A stretch of 64,000 bases of DNA, from assembly GCA_964036045.1 (NCBI GenBank), contig OZ038378.1, positions 30,194,001 to 30,258,000 on the forward strand, read 5' to 3'. Of the stretch, positions 10,030 through 22,110 are shown in pieces. Source of the stretch: Eutreptiella sp. 'Long Island Sound 2002'. Taxonomy: Eukaryota > Protista > Euglenida. The position numbers were made by a program, and so were the translations under genes. Under the pieces are notes generated by a model. That model searched no databases, was not told the origin of the DNA, and was given only the letters and a program-made list of their open reading frames with translations. How positions within the stretch are numbered: the first letter of the stretch is position 1; each line of letters starts with the position of its first letter.

Positions 10030-10850
10030 CCATTGTGGCGGCTGTGGCGCCTTCCTTGAGGGGTCACAGCTCCAACTGCTCCCAGGGGTGGCAGGATAAT
10101 CACGTGGCAGCACGTTGCTGGCAGTAGACGCGGGCAAATGCTCAAATCCCACGTACCCCCCGGGCGGGCACACCCCTGCCTGGAGGGCCCTCATCTGGAA
10201 CAGCAGGTTCTGGGCACAGATCTCTGCAGGCGGCTGCCCCCCCACTTGGACCAGAGTGCCTGCACCCGTTCCATCGGACGAACGAGCAATGAACATGGCC
10301 GGGCCGCGGTTGCCCACAGGTGCCGAATTGAGTGCGGGGCCACGGGCCCCTTGCAGGTGGCGGCCAGCCGGATTGCTGCGCGGGGGGCGCACCTTGCTGC
10401 GCTGCTGCAGACGCGCCCTGGCAAGGCAGCCGCTCTCTAACGTGCCTGGCGAAGTTAGGAACAGCCCATGGTTCTGCAGCTTTCTCCACACGCTGTAATC
10501 GGGACAGAAGACCTGCATCACGTGCTCGAGCACTTTGTCTGGCAGCTTGTCATCGGTCGTCTGCGCAAGCGTGGACGTGGCGTGTGCGTCCAACAGCTTC
10601 AGCACGCGGTCCCCGTCGAAGGCGGTGATGTGCCCAGTGACGTTGGGCTCCAGTCGATCTGCCAGGTAACAGAGGGCCTCCAGCGTCATCGCAGGCGAAA
10701 AGGCGTCGGAATCCCTGATCCAGGCATTGAACACCTTCTCCACATCGTAGATGCAGCTAGAGTTGTCGTAGAGGTGGGACTGCTCTCCACAGGCTTCTTC
10801 CGCTCTCTTGTCTGTGTGCTTCTGGGCAGCCTTGAGCGACGCTTTCATAC
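10030..10850 (-). CDS. Internal exon of an unknown protein gene (probable host gene; 3' part may be degenerate)
   Basis: Long ORF with protein-like composition starting right after a tttcAG acceptor (10852-10851), with a possible GT donor at 10030 ahead of a GACA/CA microsatellite intron. Downstream exons at 9150-9940 are ambiguous. Confidence 0.5.
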
Positions 10851-11149
10851 CTGAAATCACCACGCATTTGCTTTAGAGCGTTCTTTAAGCAAACGGAAAA
10901 ACCACAAAGATCCGCTGTCCGGTACCTTGATGCTGCTTTCTCTTTTGATCATCCCCCAATCCTGAGTTCGGCACCATTTGCGGGGCACGGAATTAGGGCA
11001 AAAGCACAGTCCGTGATGGTCTTACTTCCTGGTCTATATGAGGCCTTGCATAAAACAGCCCTGGATTACCAATAGAGGTATGCACAACCATCAGGGTGTG
11101 CCTTCAAGACCAACTTAGGCAGCCCATTTGGGGGTGGCTCCAAGACCCC

Positions 11150-11171
11150 CACTGGCAGAATTCTGCCAGTG
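11150..11171. repeat. Perfect 22-bp palindrome CACTGGCAGAATTCTGCCAGTG
   Basis: Self-complementary; second copy (24 bp) at 12469-12492 and variants at ~11705, ~12341 and ~12774. Confidence 0.95.
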
Positions 11172-12468
11172 AAAATGGAGTGGTGCAAACCCATGTTTAT
11201 GGGCAGCTTGTTTTTGGGATGCAACACAAACCCCCTCTGGGTGACTTTTTGGCACTTTGGGGCCTAATTTCTGATACTAGAAAACTAGGTGAACAAGGGG
11301 CTTTCAGGTGTTTTTGATGGGCAAAATGAATGGATCAGCGAATCTGAGAGGGATTGCAGCGGGTGATATATTGGTGTGGTCCATGTCGTATGGTTTGCAG
11401 CAGGTAGAAAATTGGGTGGTCATGCAGCCATGGCTCTGCGGTCGAGTTTCAAGGCCTACCTAGGTGCAGCATGTCATACCTCAGAATTCTGCTAGCTATT
11501 TTTGCACGAACCCTTGCTTAGTGACCTAACCGCCGGGGGTAAAATTGGCCACAGAAAAGGTGGCGCGTTTGGTTCCAAGAACGGAAGGCACGGCACGGAG
11601 CACAATGCAGCTACGGCAGTGAGTATCGTGCGCAGGTTCTCCGGGGTGCATGGGGCAGCGCGGACGTCCACAAGCAATTCTAGCAACAACAATCCCGAGG
11701 TCTCAATGGCAGAAGTCTGCCAGTGACATGGCACGTACATGGGCGGCTGGCACCAGCACACCAAAGTGCCTACAAACACTGCGGTGGGACAGGCACAACA
11801 CAGCAAGTAGGAGAAGGTGCATGGCCCATTCGGAATGCACCGACGGTAGGTGACGCCATTGCGAGGCAAAAAGGAGTCTACTGCGCTACACACGCAGGCA
11901 CAAAGCAACCTCACATACTATACGACACCAGGTTTGTAGAATACACAGCCCGAACATTGTGCATGGTGTAATGGTGTATGGTGCTGTGGACCACAATGAC
12001 AAAAATGTAGCCTAGTGAATTGTGGCACATGCAAGAGGTGGCATTTAAGGTTCATGTGTTTTTGCGCACATCCCTTCTAGCGCGTGTCCCGTTACGATGT
12101 GTGCGTCACACTCAGTCTTGTCAAGTGATGCAATTGCAAGTTTGTGATTGGATTTGCTTCATTGCATTGCCATGTTTCTGCCTTGTTTATGCCACAATCG
12201 GGGGTGCAAGCAACGACATGGTTGCAATCTAGGGTTTCCGAACCATGCATGGTTGTCCGTTGCCGGATCTTACCAATTGGGGCACATGCAAGGGTGCAAT
12301 GGTTCAGAACACTGCCGTTGCAACAATGTTGTGTTGCTCATTGGCAAAAGTCTGCCAGTACCGTCTGGTTGCTCCAAATTGTTGGTTGTACCGTGAGGTA
12401 ACGTCAACTCTCTATATTTGTACCGCCCGGAAGCCATGCCCTACAACAGACAGCGTGTCACCGTCACT

Positions 12469-12492
12469 CCACTGGCAGAATTCTGCCAGTGG
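12469..12492. repeat. Perfect 24-bp palindrome CCACTGGCAGAATTCTGCCAGTGG
   Basis: Seen directly; same motif as 11150-11171. Confidence 0.95.
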
Positions 12493-13519
12493 CGTTCGTA
12501 ACGTGCCGAAGCACACATGGTTATGGGTGCCGTATGTGTGGGACAGCAAAGCATTCTAGCCCCCAGTCCCTATTTGCTACTGCATAGCATGTGACACAAT
12601 GCACCACAACACCAAACCCTGGTACCATGGCCTTGCAATGCATGACACAGAGCAAGCACATCAATGCAATCTGGAGCGCGACATGTTCTGGTTTGTTCCG
12701 TGGCATTACTATGTAGCTATGTCCATGCTATGCCCCCTCTCCCTGCATAGCTACCCCGCCAAAGGCGACTTGGCTGGTAGAGTCCTGCCAGTGCCTGAGC
12801 CAAGTGCCTGAGCCAACCAACTCCACGACCCTATGGCCGCGCCACTTGAAATCCCACTGGACAAATCATGGTTCCAGAAGAAGGGTTCTGCACACATGAC
12901 AAAAAAGTGGCAAAAAGGGGGTTTTTCGGCACCACCAAATGGGCCACCTAAGACCAAGGCGCCTAGAAACAAGCACCTATCCTTCGGCGCTCAATTGCAT
13001 TCACTTACCTGCAACAACATTGTAACCACTAAAAGCATCAAACTGCCCTCTGTCAACTGTCGAAATGATCCGCCCACTGGTACCTTGATGCCGTCAATTG
13101 ACCACCAACCGCCCTCGCTGTGCCACCAGCCGCCAACCATTGTATGGGCACCTTTTCGGGAACAGTAGGACTACTTCCATCCGCCATCACTTACTTGCCA
13201 GCGTGGCATTCTGCAGGGGGCACTGTTCAGCGAAAGAAACAAGACATGACACTGACTCGCCACAAAACGTCCTGGCGAGCACATCAGCAGTGCACATTAT
13301 GCCGGCATGTTGGAGTGAGGAGAGTTCCATGTGACCAGGTACACACAGTTGACCTGGTCTGCACCGACGCCCTTGGCTTGGGAGCGCGGCCTCTGATTGG
13401 TTGGTTTTCTGGGTTCTGGAGGTGCGGGAGGATGTGCGGTGCCCATATACCATGTTGTGTCCGTGCATACGTGAGGGTGTGTGGGTGTGTGCGTGTGATG
13501 GTGACAAATCATTTCAGCC

Positions 13520-13800
13520 AAAGCAATAGCGTTCGCTATGATACACCACCTCTCTGCAGCTCTGTCCGCACTGCTACAATCTCTGGTGACTCCGCCCGGC
13601 GTGGCCATTCCTCCCTCTCAACACGACAGCAAGACTATGTGCAATCATTTTCAACAAATCCAAAGCATTCACTATCATACAGCACCTATCGACAGCATTG
13701 TTCGCACTGCAGCAATGTTGGGATCTCCGCTCCCCGCAGCCTTTCCTCCCTCTCAACACGACACGAAGACTATGTACACTCATCATGCACTTGCTGCGCC
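13520..13800. repeat. Dispersed ~130-bp repeat family (two local copies)
   Basis: gttcgcactgcagcaatgtt...cctccctctcaacacgac..aagactatgt appears at ~13530-13645 and ~13695-13790, with related copies at ~15895-16025 and ~23330-23435. Confidence 0.75.
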
Positions 13801-14004
13801 CCGCATCCCCGAATACCCATGCTCCGACCCCCCACCTGGACGAGCCTACAGCAGTACACAGCGGTGGAAGACCGGCATGATGCTGAGACACGATCTCCTG
13901 GGGCTGTTGTCTTAAAAATGCGTCCTCTTAGCCCTGCTGGACTTAAACCTCTCTGCCATTCTGGCTTTGACCGCCGGCCTCTTCGGCTATCTCACCCAAA
14001 CAGG

Positions 14005-14232
14005 GTGCGGGTGAGGGTGCGGACATTAAAACCGACGATACTAGGCTGGCTGTTAGTGTGCAGATGTTGGAATACACTGATGAAAAAGGGCTGGCCATGA
14101 GCGTACGTACATTCGAATACAAAGGCGACACCGGGCTTGGCGTGAGAGGTCTCACATTAGAGTATAGAGACGATACTGGGTTGGGAGTAAGAGACCGCAC
14201 ATTAGAATACACTGATGATAGTGGACTAGGTA
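14005..14232 (+). repeat. 45-bp tandem repeat encoding a 15-aa peptide repeat (xRxxTLEYxDDxGLG) x5
   Basis: Frame of ORF 14058: VSVQMLEYTDEKGLA / MSVRTFEYKGDTGLG / VRGLTLEYRDDTGLG / VRDRTLEYTDDSGLG, plus a frameshifted first unit. Confidence 0.8.
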
Positions 14233-14486
14233 GTCATGGTGTCATGGTGTCAACGCCAGGTCCCACTTCCCGCAGGAGGCAGTTGCCCGTGGTCCCGGCC
14301 GGGCCAGAGTGGCACAACACCGCAGCAAGTGCAACACCCTGTGCGACGCTCCGCGAAACCCCTCCCCCCTTCCCCGCACTGTCATTGTCCACGCCACACG
14401 GCATGGGCAGCTACAGGACCGACCACACAGCCGGGCCCCCATGCAGGTCCTTGTGCACACGGGGCCCCGAATGTATTAAGTTTTGT

Positions 14487-14795
14487 CAAAGCAATAAATT
14501 TTGCACGGGCACACACCCAATGCCTCCAGTTTTGCCAGAAGTAATAAATTCTGCATGGGCACACACCCAATGCCTTCAGTTCTGCCAAAAGGAATAAATT
14601 TTGCATGGGCACACACCCAATGCCTGCAGTTCTGCCAAAAGTAATACATTTTGCATGGGCACACACCCAATCCAGTGCCTTCAGTTCCGCGAAAGGTAAT
14701 AAATTCTGCATGGGGACACACCCAATGCCTCCGGTTCTGCCAAAAGTAATAAATTCTGCATGGGCACGCACCCAATGCCTTCAGTTATGCCAAAA
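14487..14795. repeat. 50-bp minisatellite (6 units)
   Basis: gggcacacacccaatgcct cores at 14507, 14557, 14607, 14657, 14712 and 14762. Confidence 0.95.
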
Positions 14796-14879
14796 AGCGG
14801 CGCGGAGGTCGGACGCACGTCAATCCCCACCTCAGCTGCCACACGTCCTGTAGCCGCAGCCGTTACACGGCAGCTCAAC

Positions 14880-15510
14880 GCAGCCAGCCCCCGTCCCGTT
14901 ACCAATCCAGGGACTATGGGAAGGAGGTGCAACCCGCACCTCACCTGCCACATGGCAAGAGCCCAGGCCGCAGCGGTGGCGCCTTTGCTTGACGCAGCGA
15001 GCCCCGATCTCGTTACCAATCCAGGGACTATGGGGGGGATGCTGCACCGGTTCCGGAAGCACCGCAGCACTCCTTCTCAGATGCTGCAAGCACTGCAGCA
15101 CTCCTTCTCAGCTGTTGCAAGTATTGCAGCTCTCCTTCGCTGCCACACGGTAGCAGTCGTGGAGCGGAGCTCCAACTGCTGCACTGCAGCTTGACACAGT
15201 CAGCCCCCGTCCCGTTACCAATCCAAGGACTATGGGGGGGTGCTGCCTCCCACTGCAACCGCCGCACGGCGGGGCCCAGGGCCGTAGAGCTGTCCATAGC
15301 TGACCGGCGTCACAGATGCGGTGTGCCTGGGCTCAGGGTCGTCGCAGCAGGGCCCAAGCCTCGTCACCACCGAGGCCCGGCCCAGGAAGGGCAGTACACA
15401 GGGGTTGTAGGGGGTCAGCCGCACGGCTATGCCCAGCAGCAGCCGCCGCACGGAGGGTCCCAGAGCCGCAGAGCTGTCCATAGCCCACCGGCGTCACAGT
15501 TGCGGGGCTC
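14880..15510. repeat. Cluster of short direct repeats
   Basis: cgttaccaatcca(g/a)ggactatggg occurs three times (~14898, 15021, 15214); ccgccgcacgg...agagctgtccatagc..accggcgtcaca occurs twice (~15260, ~15442). Confidence 0.8.
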
Positions 15511-15828
15511 CCAGGCTCAGGCTGACCACATGGTCTGCCAAAAAAAAGGAAACTCACGCTGGGCACCCAGCCATGGGGACTTGAAACGGGCCATGTCAAT
15601 TCATGGCCATGAGGCACGGGGGATGGGCCCCTGGTCTCACCGGACGTTATTTCAGCTTGCCCCCGCCCATTTTCCCCACCCCTTGCCGAAGCCGCCGCAC
15701 GGCGGGACGGTCCTTTGCATGGTAGCCGCACGGCCCATGAGAGAAGCCACTGGGTCAGGTGGCTGTTTTTGCATCCCAGTTGCCCCGGCCGCACGGCCGT
15801 TGGGTAACGTCCGCGGTAGCGGACTAGG

Positions 15829-15832
<4 letters not shown>

Positions 15833-15859
<27 letters not shown>

Positions 15860-15872
15860 CTGTGTGTGTGTC
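15833..15872. repeat. (TG)n microsatellite
   Basis: Seen directly. Confidence 0.95.
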
Positions 15873-16789
15873 ACGCCTAATCATTGAAACGACTAAATAG
15901 CGTTCGCTATAATACACCACTTCTACAGCTCCGTTCTCTGCTCGCACTGCAGCAATGTTTTCATTTCCGCGCCAAGCGGCCTTTCCTCCCTCTCATCACG
16001 ATAGCAAGACTATGTATAGTCTATGCATCCCTACCGCGCCCTGCGGCCCCATATGCATGCTCCCTCCCTCTGCAAGGGTCCCCACGGACAACCTTGCTCC
16101 AGTGCGGGGCGGTGGAGTGACCAACATGACACCTTCTTTAAGACCTGTAATTACCCGCATGCTCCCGCTCTCATCGTGGCTTGTACCCCCGGCTTCACTC
16201 CCCTCCTCCACCGGGGTAGGGGGCGTGTTTTCGCGGCGGCTCTGGCTGTGAGGTGAGCTGCACCACCCCATCCGGTGTTGCGACTCTGCGGCGCTGTCGA
16301 GGAACGGGCTCTGCTATTTCTCGTGAACTGGTGTCAATGTTCTCACCCCTTAGTATATCGAGGAAGGGGTCAGGGTTCGTACTCCCGAGTACAACGTAGA
16401 CTCCGGCGTGAGCAAGCGAACCCCGGAATATAATGGTGAACCCTGATCAGGCCCTTATTCGTAAGTCTGGATTGTACACACCGAAGACCCGCTCGCAGAT
16501 CGCGGTTGGCCCTCGCTCTGGGCGACGGCGTCTACCGCTACTTGCCCGTGCTGCACGGCGGCCCTGAGCGGGCCCCTTCCTAAATGGAGGGGGGGGGGGT
16601 CGCTCGCTGCTTAAGCAGGCCTACACCTAACCGAAGCGTTTTCCACAGCTGCGACTGCTCGTGATTCATCTGTTCCGTTCCCGCGGTTTTCCAATGGATA
16701 GGCCCCCCCCCTTGTGTCCAGGGCGTCATATATATCACCAAGTGTTGTCTTTCCCGTGATGGCCGACCCATCGGGGTATACCCATCCCT

Positions 16790-17010
16790 GTCGCCTCTAC
16801 GCCTCCAAATTAAATGTCAAATCAACATGTCCCTGGGCCGTAAAACATGCAATACCCAGTGCCAGTTCTCGTGGCACCATCTACAGTGCACCCTTGACAG
16901 CCAGATATTCGGCCTCTAGCGCCGTGAGTGGAACATCGGAGACCAAGTGCAAGTTTTCCGGGTGGTGTGTCCCAAAGGTGAATCCATACGCCGTTCCCGA
17001 GTCTGTGTGA
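16790..17010 (-). pseudogene. RNase H-like remnant of a retroelement
   Basis: Minus-strand translation TDSGTAYGF...PLTALEAEYLAVKGAL*MVP resembles the RNase HI TDGS and xAExxAVxxAL motifs; contains stops. Confidence 0.5.
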
Positions 17011-17149
17011 CGCCCAAGCATTTTGATCATTGCTCAAACTGCGAAGATCAACATTCCTACCTCCTACATCCATCGGCGAAACTATGAGTTCATTGTGTTC
17101 TTCTGACCTTGCTAGCAGGCCTGCAACTAGCACACCGATTTACAGCTCC

Positions 17150-20100
17150 CGGTTCTGTGTGTGTGTTTGTGTGCGTGGGTGTGGGGCGAATGCCATATTA
17201 AAGAGGAAGACCCGCATGGGTCTACGGGCCGCGTGCTAAAGAAGGAGGGAGGGGTGCCCGCAGATGACCCCGCACCGGTCGGTGGGTGGAGAGAGGGCTC
17301 CTCTCCCCCGCATGCAGCCCTCGCCTAGGCCACAGCCTCTCTGCGGGGGGTGTTTATGTCACCTCCATGCCCGCGCGGCCGTGCGGCTGCGTGGGGCGCG
17401 CCAAGCATGGGCGCTTGCCGGGTCTCCCGTGGGGGGGGGGGGGTCTCCTTTGTCGCTTCATTCCCCTCCCCCCGCAGCTGGGGGCTGGGGGTTGGGCTGG
17501 CCCGTGGCATGCGTGCTGGGCCCCAGGGGGAATCCTCCCCATGGGCCGCTTGAGCGGGGGCGTGCCCCCCACTCCCGGGGTGCGCTGGCTGGCCAGCCGC
17601 GCACGCGGTGATGTGTGTCTCAGCGTGCAAGCGTCCTTCGGGTGGCCGTGATGCCCCCTGCTGCAGCAGTGTCTCACTCCCGTGTGTGCCACGCACACGT
17701 CGGACAGGGGGGGTTCCCATGTCGTTCGCAGACCCAAGACTTGGTCTGCCGCCTCCGGGTTTCCTTTTTGCTGGCCCCCTCCCGGGTCGCCGGTGGCGTG
17801 AAGATGGGCGCTGTCGGTCTTCCACTGCCTCCGCCTGTCACTGCGCCACCCGACGGCGCGAAGCCTACATACCTCCGTTTAGCTGGAGCCTTCTTTGGCT
17901 TCGCATGGAAGTCGGTCGCATAGTGCTTCAGCGCACTTTTTGCTCCACCCCCTGCTGGGCACCTCTTCCTCTCTGGATTCGTTGGTGCTCATGGCTGTCT
18001 GTCCGCCGGTTTCCCGGCTGTGCCCTTCGTCTTGGCCTGGCGCTTCGCCATGCGTGCTTTTTGCTGCTGTGCCCATCTAGCTTCCCCGTATGCGCGGAGC
18101 CTCTCCAGGTGCTTCCACAATGCCGTTGGTCTGGTAAAAACGGGGCGGCCCTCCAGTCCCATAACCGTGCCCGTCCCCATTGACGTGAGGGAGCGGCAGT
18201 GGTGTGTCATCCGGACCGGGAAAATTGACTCGCGCTCTGCGGCCCTGCCCACCAGTGTGACAATTAGCCGCAGCACCGTTGCCTTTCTCCTGGAGGGACA
18301 CGTCCCCACCGGCGTACTTTGACTGCGGGGCCGGCGGCAGTGGTCGTCCTGCGAATGCCTCAAAGTCTAGGGCCAACTCCATGAATGACACTTGCAAGTG
18401 CGCCCGCGGGATACGTTCATGGGCTAGCGGCATTTTCAGCCACTCGAGCTCAGCGTGCCACCGAAGCACCATGGGCAACAGGTCGGGCCCCCACTTCCAT
18501 TCCCTGCGCAGTTGTCCGATGACTGGGATTTCAGGGGGTGTCCCGCGCGGTCGCGGGAGCTAGAGTTGGTACCATGGGTACGTGTCCCGCTTTTCATGTT
18601 ATGCCGAGACCGGAAAGAGGAGCCCTGATTCATCATCCTTGAGTTTTTTGGTCCGCACTACCGCCAGGAACATGGCGTGCAGGTTGGTCACGAAAATTTC
18701 CCAAGGGTGTCTGTCCCCGGCGGCCCACTATCGACCGGCCTCCGCCAATTGCTGCACTTCCTTTCGTTTGGGCTCCAGCTCCTCCTCATGCAGAAACAGC
18801 CAGCTTCGTGGAATTCTGTATAGGTCGTCACATCGTTTACGACGGCGGCTATCCTGGTCTATTCCACTCGTCCGCACGGCCTTGTGAGGCACGATCCCGC
18901 AGAGGAGCACACATGGTGGCCAGTCTCTAAGAGATCCTAGTCGCAAGCCCTTGGCCAGTAGCAATACGTCGGCGATAAAGGGGTCTCTGGCTTGCGCCCA
19001 GGCACTGCATCGCTAGAGCAGGTGCTCTTCATCCTCTGGCACTCCTGCTGGGCAGAAGGGACACGTGCTTGTGGCCTTGAGCCCCCTCGCTTGCGCCCGG
19101 ACCGCTGTCCACAGTGCCCCTGCCAGCAGGGCTTTGTCCAGCTCATTGTCGCAGTCTGCTGTATGTGTCCGCGTGAGGGCTCAGTGTATGCTGGCATCCA
19201 TGCCTCCAAACAGTCGAGGCCGTCTAGCCTCTAGCTGCCGCAGCTGTTGCTTGCACAGCGCCTCCCTGAAAACGTGCTCCACGTACGACCGGGAGTCCAG
19301 TGCCAAGCTGACTTGGGCATGCGTCCCCGGGTATGTCCATTGCCACCACCCCGTCAGCAGCTGCCATCCCAGCTTGCGGAACTCTTGCAGGGCTCGGCCC
19401 AGGGGGCCTGTCACCTTTGGCGTCGGTACGGCTTCCCATATCGCTTGTATAATGGTCTGCGGCGTGCCCCTGGTGCGTGCCTGTTGTGCAAGCTGGCACA
19501 TTCTCCGGTACGGAATGACCATGGTCGAAGCCACGCGGTGCCCCGGCACGAGAAGAGCAAACACTATTTCGACATGGTTTGCTTGGGCCCCATAGCGCAT
19601 ACATGACCGTGGACTCCAGTGCCGCCGCCGTCTTCTTGGAGATGTCCGCTAGTTCTACTCCATACAACGTTGCCGCGATGATCATCACTGCTGCCATTGA
19701 CGCCCGCCCATGGAATCCCAAGGGGGGGGATTGTGACTTTTTCAATGTTGTCTGCTTTGTGAGCAGTGGGCCTGTGCCCCTCGGGGTGCATGCGCAGTCC
19801 AATTCCCAACTGCCTGAACTCATGTTCCTTTGGCAGTGTTTCGCCATTTAGCTCCACGTCCTGGGCCTCCTTGGTTCCCCTGGCCGTGTGCTGCACCGCG
19901 AAGGCTAGCGACCTTTTCACGTTGATTTCTTGCCCTGTCAGCGTTGTCCACTGTCCGGTCGCCTGCAGCATGAGCATCACGGTTATGGCACACATTGCAA
20001 GCATGTAGATGTCATCTGCGTACCCTTCCGCTGATATTTCGACCGCGGTGCCCGGTGCCATCTCCTCACTCTCGTCCCCTCCACCATGGCTGTTTGCCTC

Positions 20101-22110
20101 ATCTTCGTCGGCGGAGCTGTCACTGCCCGGGCTGAACAGCACTCTTGGCTCAATAGGCGAGCGCGGTGAGTCCAGGGGGGTGCCGATTCCCTGGCTGTCT
20201 GGTGTCGCTGGCCTCCTTCGGGAGGCTCGCGACGTCTCCGTGCTTGCTGGGGAGACCATTTCCGTCAGGCCCAGCCGGGCCCACACTTGTCCTGCTGGCG
20301 TGTCCCCCTGGGCCCTGCGGCTCTTGGGCCGCGGCGGGGGGTCGCTTGTGCTTCCTTGGTCCGGGTTCGGGGGCATTAGCCGCTGCCCGTCCACCAGCCA
20401 TCCCATCTCGGCGCAGCAGCACGGCGTGTCGCACCGCCATATCCATGCTTGGTCTGCTCTTGCCCCCACACTCTTCCACCTGCACGATGGCCTCTCTGGT
20501 TCCTACGTCTGCGGCGGCAGCTTCTTGGTGACTACCACTAGTGGCTTCTTGATGTCGTCTATCATGCGCTTCCATGTTGTGGTGAATGTGTTTATTACTA
20601 TGACGCTCAAAGGGCATCCTTGTAAGATTCCATTGGTGGCTTGCCACCACGCTCCCAGGGCATCCCTTGGTTTTAAATTTCCGTCGCAGCTGGCTGTACA
20701 TGCCGTGGAAGGCGTTCAAGACTCCTCGCTCCATCCCCATGAGGTCCAGCATGGCCACTCATATTGCCTTTGGAATCAAGTCGAAACACTTGGTATAGTC
20801 CGTGCCCGCCCCCACCAGCGGGGCTTTGAGCACCTGGGACAGCTCCACGAGTAGCGTCAGCACCGCCGCCGCGTCCATGGACCCCCGGTGGGGGCGGAAG
20901 GCATACGACTCCTCATGCGCCCACTGCTCTTGCCATGCCATCGCATCTTCCATGCGCAGCCCGGCCCATATCCTGTATACTTGCGACAACACTGTTAGTG
21001 GTCCCAGTTTCATGGGGTCCCCGCCTCCCTCGCCCTTGGGCACAAGCGAGGGAAAGCCTTCGGCTATCCGCTCCGGCCATATTCCTGTTTTCTCTACGGT
21101 GCGCAGGAGTTCTGCCAGCTTATCCCAGTACTGCATGGGCTATTGTTTCAACAGCTTGATTGACCAGAGGTCCAGCCCATTGGCTGCCTTCTCGCCCATC
21201 TTCTTGGCCCTGCGTTGAAGCGCTGGGCCATCCAGGTACCGCACCTGCATGAGGCTGCTGTGCACGTGCTTCGAGTAGTGCTACATGAAGATTTCCACTT
21301 ACGGTTCCGGCCGGTGCTCATACCTGAGGTTGACTGGGCACCACGCTCCTCTGATGACTTTGTCCATGTCGTCTATGTTTGCCGTGAGCTCTCAATCTGG
21401 CTGTTGTATCATCTGCAGGACCGTGTCCCCGCCATCACGTACCCATTTGTATATTTCCCCTGGCCGTTGGGTCCACATCTCTCTCGCCCACGTCTTCCAC
21501 GCCCGGATTCTCTCTTTTTCCTCTCTGCATGCAATGCGCTGCGCCTCCGTGTCCAAGGACATCCCCGAGATTTTGAGGTCTTCCGACGGGCCTGTTTTAT
21601 TCAGGTCCTGCAGCTGCACGCTGGATGGTAGAGCACCCAGCCCCTCCAGCTCCCGTACTCGTTCGCAGGCCGCCTACGATTGCTGTTGGATATTTCTCGG
21701 CCACCTCCGCACCGCTGCCGCGGCCGTGGCGGATCGCTCCCTGCCGTGCGCCCATCTCTGCACTTGACGCACCGACCCCTTTGCCGCATCTAGTAGCCGG
21801 ATGACGCGTGTTTTGGGGGCCGCCGTTGGCAGCTTTTTGTTCGGGCACAGCTTGGTCGTGAAGGTGGTGCTCGACGTGCCTCGCCCGCGTTTCTCCGAGT
21901 GTGCACCGCCTTGCATCAGAGCGGGGGGGGGGGGGGGGCTGTCCACCGTTGCTGTAGTAGCCACTCCGCCGCGCGTCCTTCCGCCTCCTCTGTCATTAAG
22001 AGGTGCTCCTCCGCTGCCCAGGTCCAGGTGGCCCACAGCGCATTGGTGTCATCCGCCTCTTGTGCCGCTGCGTGTGCGTGCGTGCATGCCACACAACACC
22101 GTACCAATAT
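17150..22110 (-). mobile_element. 5'-truncated, decayed non-LTR retrotransposon (RT + C-terminal region)
   Basis: RT motifs: SLVPK, GPLTVLSQVYRIWA, DYTKCFDLIP (~20800), NGILQGCPLS (~20620), EGYADD (20022). Then LLCGIVP, SFMELALDFE and a C-terminal C-x2-H-x4-C-x2-C...HCC-x2-GHH Cys/His cluster. Several stops and frameshifts; no endonuclease seen. Confidence 0.9.
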
